NCBI GenBank assembly: GCA_965248755.1
Contig: OZ252149.1
Location: 3,232,001-3,296,000, forward strand
Reading direction: 5' to 3'
From: Candidatus Latescibacterota bacterium
GTDB taxonomy: Bacteria > Latescibacterota > CBDEFO01
DNA length: 64,000 nt
Below are positions 20,687-30,127 of the stretch, one piece after another. The first letter of the stretch is position 1. Each line of letters starts with the position of its first letter. Under the pieces are notes generated by a model. That model was not told the origin of the DNA. It did not search any database and worked only from the letters and a program-made list of their open reading frames with translations. Made by a program: the position numbers and the translations under genes.

Positions 20687-20795
20687 TCAGTATTCGATTA
20701 ATAGAGGATACATCGTATCCACTCGACTGCTCCCAGCGTTCAACAAGGTTAGCTTGATCAAGTAACTGTATTCCGAGAACTTGGGTCTCGATGTG
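20687..20795 (-). pseudogene. Decayed copy of the apt 3' end
   Basis: About 70% identical (hand alignment) to 21486-21595; encodes frameshifted ...SGYDVSSI(IEY*). Confidence 0.75.
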
Positions 20796-21428
20796 TTAAA
20801 AAGTGCCTTCAGGAGGATCGAAATACGGCATTGATTTCTCATCGCGAAGAAGATTAAGGACAAAAGGAACTCTTAGATAATGACCTGGTGAAAGGGGTGG
20901 CAAACCGTCTTCACTAAAAAAACCGACATCTGTCGTCTCTGAAGTTGTTGATGGCGAAGGGTTTTCGCATTCTACGAGAAACACAGCATGATACATCTGA
21001 ACTTTAATCCGACTCTTCCACTTTCGAGAGTCGAAAACACCAATCAACTTTGTAACATATCCTCTTAGCTGTGTCTCTTCCCAAAGCTCACGTTGGGCTG
21101 CCTCAGCTAATGTTTCGCCTACCTCTGTGAGCCCTCCAGGAATCGCCCAAAGCCCGTTGTCCTGTCTCCTGACGAGCAAAAGTTGGTTGTCATGGAGCAC
21201 AGCAGCCTCAGCCCCTGCCAATGGACTGACATGGAACATGTTATTTTGAAACTTCTCCAATACCTCTTCTGATGATCGGTGCTCTATTGCTCCAAACAAT
21301 CGCGCACTAGCAGAAAGAATTCTTTCATATCTATCCAGATCATATTCATTTTTTGAATAATTCAGACCAAGATTGGCAATAGCCCGCAATTCATCAGCAA
21401 TCTGATACAGCTCCTCGGTTGATTTCAT
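20796..21428 (-). CDS. NUDIX hydrolase with Nudix_N domain (YjhB-like)
   Basis: [43 protein letters not shown]. Confidence 0.9.
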   Translation of the reverse strand: MKSTEELYQIADELRAIANLGLNYSKNEYDLDRYERILSASARLFGAIEHRSSEEVLEKFQNNMFHVSPLAGAEAAVLHDNQLLLVRRQDNGLWAIPGGLTEVGETLAEAAQRELWEETQLRGYVTKLIGVFDSRKWKSRIKVQMYHAVFLVECENPSPSTTSETTDVGFFSEDGLPPLSPGHYLRVPFVLNLLRDEKSMPYFDPPEGTF

Positions 21429-21485
21429 AAGATTACCTTGTTTTTCCCTACGCTCTTGCTGTTCAACTCGCCACAGTACAGGACG

Positions 21486-22001
21486 TCAATACTCGATTAT
21501 AGAGGATACATGGTAGCCACTCAACTTCTCTTTTCCCTTTAAGAAGGTAAGCTCGATCAGGATCCTTATGCCGACGATTTCGGCTTTGAGCTGTTCGATG
21601 AGCTTGCAGGTCGCCTCCATCGTCCCTCCGGTCGCCAGAAGGTCGTCTACTATAAGCACCTTCTGGCCCTCTTTTATGCTGTCTTGATGAATCTCGACCG
21701 CATCTGTTCCGTACTCCAGGGCGTACTCCTCTTTCAGCGCATCTGCGGGGAGTTTGCCGGGCTTTCGGACGGGGACGAAGGCCGCTCCGAGTTTGTAAGC
21801 CACCGCCGAGCCGAAGATGAACCCTCTGGACTCGATGCCGACTACAATGTCAACTTTGGCTTCTCGAAACGGCTCCGTAAGCTGATCAATTGCGTCCTTG
21901 AAGGCCTCTTGATCCTTTAAGAGAGTAGTAATATCCTTGAATACGATCCCTTTCTTGGGAAAATCTGGAACGTCTCTGATATAGTTTTTTAATTCTTTCA
22001 A
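21486..22001 (-). CDS. apt: Adenine phosphoribosyltransferase
   Basis: PDFPKKGIVFKDIT, ESRGF, LEYG, VDDLLATGGT. Confidence 0.97.
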   Translation of the reverse strand: MKELKNYIRDVPDFPKKGIVFKDITTLLKDQEAFKDAIDQLTEPFREAKVDIVVGIESRGFIFGSAVAYKLGAAFVPVRKPGKLPADALKEEYALEYGTDAVEIHQDSIKEGQKVLIVDDLLATGGTMEATCKLIEQLKAEIVGIRILIELTFLKGKEKLSGYHVSSIIEY

Positions 22002-22232
22002 TATGAATTCTCCCCTGACTTGAAATTCCAGATAAGTGTCTTAAGCTCTTCGCATTTCAAACAGAAACACGCGCCTGTGCTCGGAGGACGGAGATCGCCT
22101 CAATGGGACCAAGGCCTCCGGTGAAAATACCAAATTCCTCCGACAGCAGGTTAGTCCCGACGCCCTCAACATCAAACTGGGGCATTCGCCTTATTAGACC
22201 CAACCAAAGCCGATCGGTTTTTCACTTCCTTT

Positions 22233-22517
22233 TCAATATCTGACTTCAAAGTTTTTGTATTTCCCCGAATATTCTCTCCATTTTGTCCCAACGGCCGTCA
22301 CCTTGGCGGAGATTGGTCCCCTTTTCATATCTTCCAGGAAATCGTTCAGGAGTCCTATTTCCCCCTCCACTTCCACCTCGACCCTCCCGTCAGGCAAATT
22401 CCTGACGTATCCGACCAGATCGTACCTGTACGCTATTGCCTGAGCGAAGAATCGAAATCCGACTTGCTGAACTACTCCGCTTACAACGGCGTGGAGGTTT
22501 GCTCTGTTTTGGGACAT
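22233..22517 (-). CDS. acyP: Acylphosphatase
   Basis: SGVVQQVGFR; GYVRNLPDGRVE. Confidence 0.92.
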   Translation of the reverse strand: MSQNRANLHAVVSGVVQQVGFRFFAQAIAYRYDLVGYVRNLPDGRVEVEVEGEIGLLNDFLEDMKRGPISAKVTAVGTKWREYSGKYKNFEVRY

Positions 22518-22583
22518 GTCGCTTGTGTCTTCTTTTATGTATTTCCAAACGATAGCCTGTATTGGAGGTAGACCTTGCCCGCC

Positions 22584-23651
22584 TTAATCCGGCACAAAAC
22601 TTGTAGAGCTGTCCACTGCCATGACAAACTCGGCCAGTAGTGTGGCACAGTTTTCGGCGTCCTTGAAGGCTAAAAGCTCTACAGGGGTGTGCATGTATCT
22701 CAAAGGTACGCTCACAAGGCCGGCGGCGACTCCTGCCCGCGCAAGCTGAATGGCGTTAGCATCTGTGCCTGTTCCCCTGGGCTCTCCCTCAAGCTGATAG
22801 GGTATTTTCTTGTCTTCGGCTATTTGAACCAGGAGATCGAACACCACGGGATTTATGTTGGCTCCTCTTGAAATCGAGGGTCCTCCGCCTATCTTGACAT
22901 CGCCGATTCTCCTTTTGTCCACGTCAGGTTGATCCGTCGCATGCGTCACATCTACGGCTATTCCCACAGTTGGATTAACGCCGTATGCGCTCGTTGTGGC
23001 GCCCCTTAATCCTATCTCCTCCTGAACCGTAGCCACCGAAAAGAGGGCCGCCCTCGGCCTTTGTCTTTTGTCCGCCACTATCCTCATAGCCTCTGCTACT
23101 ACGAAGGCCCCTGCTTTATCGTCGAACGCCCTTGAGATAGCTTTACCGTTCCTCAACTCCTCGAAGTTTGAATCGTAGGTTATGGGATCGCCTATAGAGA
23201 CTACGGATTCCGTCTCCTGCTTGTCCTCTGCTCCGATGTCTATCCACAGCTCGTGAATCTTGGAGGCCTTCTTCCTCTCATCGTCCTCCATAAGGTGCAC
23301 GGCCTTTCTTCCGATGACGCCTAATACAGGTCCATTCTTCGTGTGGATGCGAACTTTTCTGCCCGGAATGAGCGTATAGTCGAACCCTCCGATAGTTGAA
23401 AAGTGGATGTAGCCCTCGTCGTTGATGTACACAACCATAAAGCCCAACTCATCAATGTGCCCCGCGAGCATTATCCTGGGTTCTCCGTTGGGGTTGTATG
23501 AGGCGATGGTGTTCCCGTGAAGGTCTACCTTTATCTCGTCTGCGTAGCCCTCCACCTCCCTTTTCCAGATCCTCCTGACGGGTCCCTCAAAGCCCGAAGG
23601 GCTTGGAGCCTCCACGAGTGCTTTGAGAAAGTCCAAAGACGACTTGCGCAT
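22584..23651 (-). CDS. M42 family metallopeptidase
   Basis: AGHIDE, AFDDK, VQEEIGLRGA, GTDA, YMHTP. Confidence 0.93.
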   Translation of the reverse strand: MRKSSLDFLKALVEAPSPSGFEGPVRRIWKREVEGYADEIKVDLHGNTIASYNPNGEPRIMLAGHIDELGFMVVYINDEGYIHFSTIGGFDYTLIPGRKVRIHTKNGPVLGVIGRKAVHLMEDDERKKASKIHELWIDIGAEDKQETESVVSIGDPITYDSNFEELRNGKAISRAFDDKAGAFVVAEAMRIVADKRQRPRAALFSVATVQEEIGLRGATTSAYGVNPTVGIAVDVTHATDQPDVDKRRIGDVKIGGGPSISRGANINPVVFDLLVQIAEDKKIPYQLEGEPRGTGTDANAIQLARAGVAAGLVSVPLRYMHTPVELLAFKDAENCATLLAEFVMAVDSSTSFVPD

Positions 23652-23706
23652 GTTTTCCTCCTATTCGTAGTTCATCAGATGTAGGGGCAGGGATACCCAG
23701 TCTACT

Positions 23707-23772
23707 GAACAGACAAGAATGTCTGTTCTACCAACATATATAAAAAGGTGGGTCAGACATTGCTGTCTGACA
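23707..23772. repeat. REP doublet (CAGACA(T/A)TC(C/T)TGTCTG family)
   Basis: Inverted copy of the core at 29030-29095 and 32690-32755; related copies at ~39930-40005 and ~49770-49832. Confidence 0.75.
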
Positions 23773-23843
23773 AAGCAAACTCACGGGAGGGGAAGCGGTT
23801 CCCTGCTCCCGATAGCTTCGATCGGGGTTCGGTCAACTGTCAA

Positions 23844-24917
23844 TCATGTGCTGTCTACTTGTTTCATAAGTTCGTCTTCGCTGTAAATTAAAGCTTTAGC
23901 AAACGCTCCGTCGCCTCTGTATCCATCCATGTGATCGCCTGCTGAGTAGTAGATAGTAACGATCGTTCCGTCGTTATTTCGAACCGAAGTCGGATAGCCG
24001 CAGTCTCTCCCTGGACGGGTGTCGTCGATGATCAACTTCCTCTCATAATCCCACGTACGCCCTCCGTCCTTAGAGATTATCGCGTTGGCACCGTAGGGTT
24101 CATTTCGCTGGCCGTACACCAACAGAACGTATCCGTTCTTCAAAAGCGTCATATCCCCCGGATGCTCCTGTGGCCCTGTAATCCTGGTTGGTTTTGTCCA
24201 CGTATAGCCAGCGTCGCCTGATCGGACTATCTGCAGACCTCCTCCACCCTCCTGGCCTCTGATAGCCCCTATTATGTCTCCATCTGGCAATCTCAAAAAC
24301 GAGGCCTCGCTCAAATCGGCCGCCACCAGGGAAGGATCGCTCCATGTCTGACCCTCATCCTTTGAGCGCAGAAGATAGGAGCAACATCCGGTCTTAGAAT
24401 TTTCCTCACCATCTATAACCCCCGTCATATCCCCATACATCGGCATAAGCAGCGTCCCGTCGTCCAGCGTCAGCATCCTCCCAAAAGGGGATCTGGAGTT
24501 CAGCGGCTCGTAGCTCAAAGGGTACGCCTCTTCCCACGTCTCCCCTCTATCGTGGGACCGGGTTAGGTATGTATCCACCGAGCCTTCTCCCGGTTGATAC
24601 TTTCCGTCAGGGGTGTAACAGCCCTGAACGTGGTACCCCAGGACCACGACGCCGTTCACGCTTAATCCCACCGATGGATTTCGATCGTCTCTCTGGCTGT
24701 CAACGATCCCCACAGGGAGTGACCATCTTTCACCGCTGTCGTCTGACCACAGGGAGTCCAGTCTGCCTTCGATCCCTATGTGTCCTGCCCCATCCCTCAA
24801 GACGACAACGATCCTCCCGTCCGGAAAGGAGATGGCTACGGGGAAGTACCCCTGTTCCCTTACGACAAATTTCTCCTTTGAGCCTTCAAGTTTTCTGAGG
24901 TCGATTGTCCCTACCAT
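23844..24917 (-). CDS. BNR/Asp-box sialidase-like protein
   Basis: Five Asp-boxes; DDRNP; CGYP. Confidence 0.8.
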   Translation of the reverse strand: MVGTIDLRKLEGSKEKFVVREQGYFPVAISFPDGRIVVVLRDGAGHIGIEGRLDSLWSDDSGERWSLPVGIVDSQRDDRNPSVGLSVNGVVVLGYHVQGCYTPDGKYQPGEGSVDTYLTRSHDRGETWEEAYPLSYEPLNSRSPFGRMLTLDDGTLLMPMYGDMTGVIDGEENSKTGCCSYLLRSKDEGQTWSDPSLVAADLSEASFLRLPDGDIIGAIRGQEGGGGLQIVRSGDAGYTWTKPTRITGPQEHPGDMTLLKNGYVLLVYGQRNEPYGANAIISKDGGRTWDYERKLIIDDTRPGRDCGYPTSVRNNDGTIVTIYYSAGDHMDGYRGDGAFAKALIYSEDELMKQVDST

Positions 24918-25012
24918 GTTTTAGTTCTCAAGTTAATAGGAAGTTATGTGTACGGCGATGAAGTTTAGCAAGTGGCTCATGTTTGAAAACAGGTGAAATT
25001 TGTTCGGGACTT

Positions 25013-25570
25013 TTAGACTCCTTCAATCCCTTGCTGCCTCAAGTATGTTCGTATGTGTTCCTCTCTCCGTAATCCTTTAAATAAAACGGCTTCGTAGATG
25101 TGATAGCCGCTTAATACAGGGGTACGACCCTCCGGGGTCAACAGGGAGTGTTTGATTTCAATTATCAGTCGTCGCGTCTCCTCATCCAGCGCTCGACGTA
25201 TCCGTTCCATCCAGGCCCGATTCTTTTCAAGATATTCTGTGTCCGTAGCCCATATGTCTATTTTCCACCGTGTGGTGCATGTAGTTTTGCGCACCCCCCA
25301 GTAAAGGCCATTGGGCAGTCCTTCCTCATGCTGCCGAAGAAAGTTGTTAAACTTGAGTGAAAGCACGCCGTCAATCGTTGCAATCTCTTTGCCCATCTTG
25401 AAAAAGTCATCGGTTGAAAAAGGATATGGCTCCAACACCATGTAGATATCAATGTCTGGCCAGGCCATTACGTTAATCGCGTAGCTTCCCGTGTACGACA
25501 CGCGTCCGTAAGACCGAAGGATCGCATCTATCCCTCGGTCACAAATGAGCTGGTCTGCCTCTTGATGCAA
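25013..25570 (-). CDS. Hypothetical nucleotidyltransferase-fold protein (start uncertain)
   Basis: YTGSY..VMAWPDIDI; WKIDIW. Confidence 0.65.
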   Translation of the reverse strand: MHQEADQLICDRGIDAILRSYGRVSYTGSYAINVMAWPDIDIYMVLEPYPFSTDDFFKMGKEIATIDGVLSLKFNNFLRQHEEGLPNGLYWGVRKTTCTTRWKIDIWATDTEYLEKNRAWMERIRRALDEETRRLIIEIKHSLLTPEGRTPVLSGYHIYEAVLFKGLRREEHIRTYLRQQGIEGV

Positions 25571-25600
25571 CTTGGCTGCTATCTCAAGAGCGTCCGTGTT

Positions 25601-26617
25601 TCAGTCTCCATCTTGGTTTTCAGACCATTTTTTCCAGGGTTCGTGCAGCTTCATCATCTGCCCCCACGTCTGACCGACTGGCTTCTCAAGTATCATGGGC
25701 CGGATGAAGGCCGCTGCCTTTTCCAAGCCCTCCTGTATCTCCATGTACTCACTCTCCATTTCGAGAGAGAGTATCCCGTCGTAGCCCAAGAAGCGCAGCG
25801 TAGCTATGACCTGGCGCCAGGTTTGCTCGTCGTGACCCCAGCCGGGTATAGTGAATGTCCAGGAACGTTCCTCGAAGTTGTCCTTGCTGGTGGAGTCGAA
25901 CAAGCCGCGCAGCTTGGCGTTGGGCTCGTGGATGAGGGTGTCCTTGAGGTGGACATTCTGAATCAGGTCTCCAAGATAGTGCATCGCCTCAAATGGATCT
26001 ATTCCCTGGATCCACATGTGCGAAATATCGAAGTTGCAGGCCACGACCGGGCCAAGCTCGTCTCGCAGCTTTTTCAGCTGGATCGGAGTGTGGATCATGT
26101 CGTTGATCTGCATCTCGAAGCACAGGGTTACGCCGTGATCTGAGGCGATCTTGCCGTGTTCCTTCCAGTACGGGATCAGGCGCTTCTCCCACTGCCAGTC
26201 GAGTGCGTCGCGGTAGAACGGAAATTCCATGTTGACGATCCAGGCCGGCAGGCTGTCTCCCTCGGCGCCTTCGGGAAGCCCTGCCACCAGCGCCATCCTC
26301 CGGACCCCAACTTGCTCCATCAGCTGGCAGGCCTGGCGAAATTGACGCGAATATTCGGCGGCGATCTCCGCATCCGGCGCCAGCGGTGCACCGTGCCCAC
26401 TAAACGAGTAGAGCTCGAGGCCGTGACTGGCGTAAACATCGAGCCACCGGTCCAGCTCACCCCGGTCCGCCAGCAGCTTGTCCACGTCGCAGTATCTCTT
26501 GGCAGTCGGACCCGTAGCACCGACTTCGACCGCACTTACCCCGATTGCCTGGCAGAACCTCAGGCCTTCTTCACGCTCGAAGTTCATGATAAAATGTGTA
26601 TTGATTCCAAGTTTCAC
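25601..26617 (-). CDS. Sugar phosphate isomerase/epimerase (IolE/xylose isomerase-like TIM barrel)
   Basis: CFEM, NFDISH, VHLKD, GYDGILSLEME. Confidence 0.9.
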   Translation of the reverse strand: MKLGINTHFIMNFEREEGLRFCQAIGVSAVEVGATGPTAKRYCDVDKLLADRGELDRWLDVYASHGLELYSFSGHGAPLAPDAEIAAEYSRQFRQACQLMEQVGVRRMALVAGLPEGAEGDSLPAWIVNMEFPFYRDALDWQWEKRLIPYWKEHGKIASDHGVTLCFEMQINDMIHTPIQLKKLRDELGPVVACNFDISHMWIQGIDPFEAMHYLGDLIQNVHLKDTLIHEPNAKLRGLFDSTSKDNFEERSWTFTIPGWGHDEQTWRQVIATLRFLGYDGILSLEMESEYMEIQEGLEKAAAFIRPMILEKPVGQTWGQMMKLHEPWKKWSENQDGD

Positions 26618-27396
26618 TCAGACCTCCCTGGCTTGCAATGAAATTCTACAAGGCCTCCTACCGTTTCATAGCTGGAAGGTTCCAGAACGACAATGGTCGG
26701 TCGGCCATCTTCTGCCCTGGGCAGCGGGAAAGACACCGTGTGGTGACAGGCGAGGAAGACCGGGTCGCTCAAGCGGCGATTGAGGAACGCATCCAGGTAG
26801 GTCATGCCGCCGGCATCTTCCCCGCCCAGGGGCGGTAACGCATAGTGCATAGGCACGATCCAGGTCGGCTTCAGAAACTGGATCATCGGATCCAGTTCGT
26901 CCAGTTTGACGGTGAACTTCTCGCCGACAATGGCCATCAAGACATCGCACCTGCCCATCCACGGCGCCAGCTCCTCATTGCTCAGCCCGAATCCCAGGTC
27001 TCCCATGTGTGCAAACCACAAGCCGCCGGCTTTGAAGGCGTACAAGGCATTGTCGTCTGGGCCCTCTGGATGATCCGGAATCTCCGCTGCAGGGATCGCC
27101 ACCAACGGTTCGCCGTTGATAGTTGCCGCAGTCTTGCCAGTGGCTACGTCCAGCGCGTTGATTACCTGGGGGCGTCCCCTGACCAGGCCGACGTGATCAT
27201 GGGACGAGTCAGTAAGTGAACTGACGATAACGGTTTCCGCCTCAAGGCGAAACCCATCGTCGGGAAGTTTTGTATTCGCATGCGAGAATGGGTCCATGAC
27301 AATCGAGGGCTTGCCATCTTCCCACAGCCGAAAACATGCATGACCTACAAATTCGAGTTGAACGGACATACTTAATCCCCCTTTCTTTCCCGGCAA
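26614..27396 (-). CDS. MBL-fold metallo-hydrolase
   Basis: GHACF, MDPF, HMGDLG, VPMHY; HxHxDH motif degenerate. Confidence 0.8.
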   Translation of the reverse strand: MPGKKGGLSMSVQLEFVGHACFRLWEDGKPSIVMDPFSHANTKLPDDGFRLEAETVIVSSLTDSSHDHVGLVRGRPQVINALDVATGKTAATINGEPLVAIPAAEIPDHPEGPDDNALYAFKAGGLWFAHMGDLGFGLSNEELAPWMGRCDVLMAIVGEKFTVKLDELDPMIQFLKPTWIVPMHYALPPLGGEDAGGMTYLDAFLNRRLSDPVFLACHHTVSFPLPRAEDGRPTIVVLEPSSYETVGGLVEFHCKPGRSE

Positions 27397-27501
27397 AGTT
27401 GGAAAAATTCAGCGATCTTCCTGTTCCTTGGGCCAATCGGTTTCACAAGTGTGAATGATCCCCGCTCCCCGATTGAATCTATCGGGGATTCATGCCAGGT
27501 T

Positions 27502-28305
27502 TTAGTTGCCTTTCCCTTTCTGTTGAAAGCTTCTCAGGGTTTCACTCAGGATCCTGCGTTTGATGTTGACATCCACACCCACGAAAAAGACCCGTACACC
27601 CAGATCGTGGTAAAACTCCGCCTGCTCAGGGCTGGATAGAGTCATGGTCGTAATTTTTCCTGCACCCGAAGCTGCGCTGATCACGCGCTCTATCCTGGGA
27701 GCCAGATATGCCTCTGCTTCGTCTCCGAAGATCCCAAGGCTGGCCGACCAGTCATTGGGTCCCACGGAAATCATATCTACTTCCTCGACAGCGAGGATTG
27801 CGTTGAGTGCTTCGTACCCCTCATCGCTTTCGACCATCGCCATCAGGTGTGTCGCTTCGTTTACCTGCCGCAGGGCTTGCTGGGGATTCTCATCGAGTGT
27901 AAACCCAATGCCAGCGCTGGAGCTGGAGATTCCGCGTGCGCCCACTGGCGGATACTTGCCTAGGTGAGCAAAATGTATGGCCTGTTGGACATCCCTCACA
28001 TCGGGCAGGGAAAGGATCTGAATCCCGCCGTCCAGCAGAATCTGTACATGGGTGCGCGACAGTTCAGGTATGCGCACCAGCGAGACCATACCCAGGTGGG
28101 CGATCGAGCGACCCAGTCGAATCGCTTCAACCGCCGGTTGTGGACTATGTTCCAGGTCGAGCCAGATGATGTGGTAGCCCACCTGGGCCATTAGTTCGAT
28201 GTCAGTGAGGGTGGCGTCGCGGCAGATCACGCCGTATAGCCGCTCGTGCTGGCTTAGAAGTTGACCAAGTCGATCAATCACAAGAATCAGGCGCAGAACT
28301 CCCAA
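27502..28305 (-). CDS. HpcH/HpaI aldolase family protein
   Basis: LDLEHS, VRIP, YPPVGARG, GPND. Confidence 0.9.
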   Translation of the reverse strand: MGVLRLILVIDRLGQLLSQHERLYGVICRDATLTDIELMAQVGYHIIWLDLEHSPQPAVEAIRLGRSIAHLGMVSLVRIPELSRTHVQILLDGGIQILSLPDVRDVQQAIHFAHLGKYPPVGARGISSSSAGIGFTLDENPQQALRQVNEATHLMAMVESDEGYEALNAILAVEEVDMISVGPNDWSASLGIFGDEAEAYLAPRIERVISAASGAGKITTMTLSSPEQAEFYHDLGVRVFFVGVDVNIKRRILSETLRSFQQKGKGN

Positions 28306-28360
28306 CCCTGGGAGAAATGCGCCCTCTCTCCTATCTATTTAAGTGCAGACCGAAAATCTC

Positions 28361-28510
28361 CCACTACAATCACGTAGCTTCTGGTGTAAGACACACCTGA
28401 GACAGAAGGATTCCTTCTAGCCGTAGGTCATAGTGAGCTGGTCTGTCTCTTCATTTAACTTGGATGCAATCTCAACAGCATATAGCTTTCAGTGTCTGTT
28501 TTGATTTTGC
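28361..28510 (-). pseudogene. Decayed copy of the 5' region of the nucleotidyltransferase-like gene
   Basis: Aligns by eye with 25465-25621 (shared CAGACCAGCTCA, ATCCTTC, GAAGCTACG). Confidence 0.7.
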
Positions 28511-28582
28511 CAGAGTTATTTTTTTCTGGTATGTTTTCTGGGATCTTATCTGGCTCTTCACGCATGGGCAAGCTATGTATTA

Positions 28583-28984
28583 TCATTCCTCATCAGGTGT
28601 AAGATGCTGATACAGATCGTGGATAAGCTGATCGAATTCGCCCGTCTGGCTTTCCTCCCAGAGCCGGGCTAATGTCTCTGTTTCGCTCATGTCCATTCCC
28701 ACAGACGGATGAAAGGGGTCGCCCATAGTCGGTTCAGCTAAGTCATCCGCAAATGCCTCGTCCAGCAGCTTCTCATCTTCGGGCGATAACCTCCTTATTT
28801 CGACTCCTTCGTCATCTTGGGCATCGTACTTCCAATGCACAGCGTAAAGCCCTGGCCCCGCCTCCTCAAAATCGATGGTTATCTTCTCATCCCACGCGGC
28901 GACCGCAAAAAATCTCTTCTTGATGCGCTCTGGCAACTTTTCCACGTTCAGATACGATTTTATGGTGATTTCGTATAGATCCAT
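28583..28984 (-). CDS. Hypothetical acidic protein
   Basis: 133-aa ORF with no recognised motif. Confidence 0.6.
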   Translation of the reverse strand: MDLYEITIKSYLNVEKLPERIKKRFFAVAAWDEKITIDFEEAGPGLYAVHWKYDAQDDEGVEIRRLSPEDEKLLDEAFADDLAEPTMGDPFHPSVGMDMSETETLARLWEESQTGEFDQLIHDLYQHLTPDEE

Positions 28985-29002
28985 ATTCAGTAAGTAGATG
29001 GC

Positions 29003-29140
29003 AGACAGGGTACCTCACTTAGAAGGAATTGTCAGACAGGAATGTCTGACCCACCTTTTTATATATGTTGGTAGAACAGACATTCTTGTCTGTTCTTATC
29101 TGTTCTATTTGGATCTCTATAATCCTATTTTGACCCTATA
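29003..29140. repeat. ~140-bp direct repeat containing a REP doublet (copy A)
   Basis: Near-identical core plus similar flanks at 32662-32808. Confidence 0.8.
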
Positions 29141-29290
29141 CTTCACACTCACTTCAAGAACTAAACATAACTCTACAGATGGGAAAATCCAAATATAAAA
29201 TTGCATTCCTCAATTTTCAGTTGACTTTGCTTCGAGCGTTTCTTAAATTCTTCGAGAACCGAGAAGAGAGAGGACTTACGTTCTTTTCTA

Positions 29291-30127
29291 ATGCTATCAA
29301 TCTTTGAGGAAAGAGAGGAGGACATAGAAATGTCCGCAGAAAAAAAGAGGATAGGCATAATTGGATATGGACAGATCGGCTCCTACGTTTACGAACAGAT
29401 CACCCAAAGACCGGAAATGGGGCTTGAGATAGCATTTGTCTATAACCGATCTCCCGAACGAGTCAAAAATCTTCCTGATGAGGTCATCTTGGATGAGCTG
29501 GAAGATTTTGAAAAGACCAATCCCGATCTGGTTGTGGAGTTGGCACACTCTGACATCACCAGAGAATACGGCCAGATGATATTAGAGAGCACAGATTACT
29601 TAATACTCTCTGTAACAGTTATGGCTGACAGAGAACTTGAGGAGCATCTTCTTAAAGTATGCCAGAAAAATGGCACTTGCCTTTACATTCCACACGGAGG
29701 AGTAATCGGATTAGATACGATAAATGAAGGGCGAGAGGTGTGGGATGAAGTCAGGGGACTGATGAGGAAGAACCCCAAAAATCTGGACTTCAGCAGAACT
29801 GATATTGACTCCGATAGCATTACATCAACGACAGTCTTATACGAGGGTCCCGTAAGGGATATATGTCCCAAGTTTCCCAGAAATGTGAACACTCTGGCTG
29901 CGCTTGCGTTGGGAGGGATAGGATTCGATCGGACGCAGGCGACCTTGATCGCAGATCCTTCTCTGGACGTGGCCATCGTCGAGGTGTACGCTTACAGCGA
30001 TGAGGTCAAGTGCGAGATAAAGCGGATAGAGCCGATCAAGGGTGTCACCGGAACGTTCATATTGACTTCTACTTTGCAGACGATAAAAAGGGTCGAGGTG
30101 GCAAAAAGCGGTATTCAGATCTGTTAG
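29291..30127 (+). CDS. Aspartate dehydrogenase-like (DUF108/NadX family) protein (start probably 29330)
   Basis: GIIGYGQIG, RKNP, FPRNVN, LIADP. Confidence 0.8.
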   Translation: MLSIFEEREEDIEMSAEKKRIGIIGYGQIGSYVYEQITQRPEMGLEIAFVYNRSPERVKNLPDEVILDELEDFEKTNPDLVVELAHSDITREYGQMILESTDYLILSVTVMADRELEEHLLKVCQKNGTCLYIPHGGVIGLDTINEGREVWDEVRGLMRKNPKNLDFSRTDIDSDSITSTTVLYEGPVRDICPKFPRNVNTLAALALGGIGFDRTQATLIADPSLDVAIVEVYAYSDEVKCEIKRIEPIKGVTGTFILTSTLQTIKRVEVAKSGIQIC

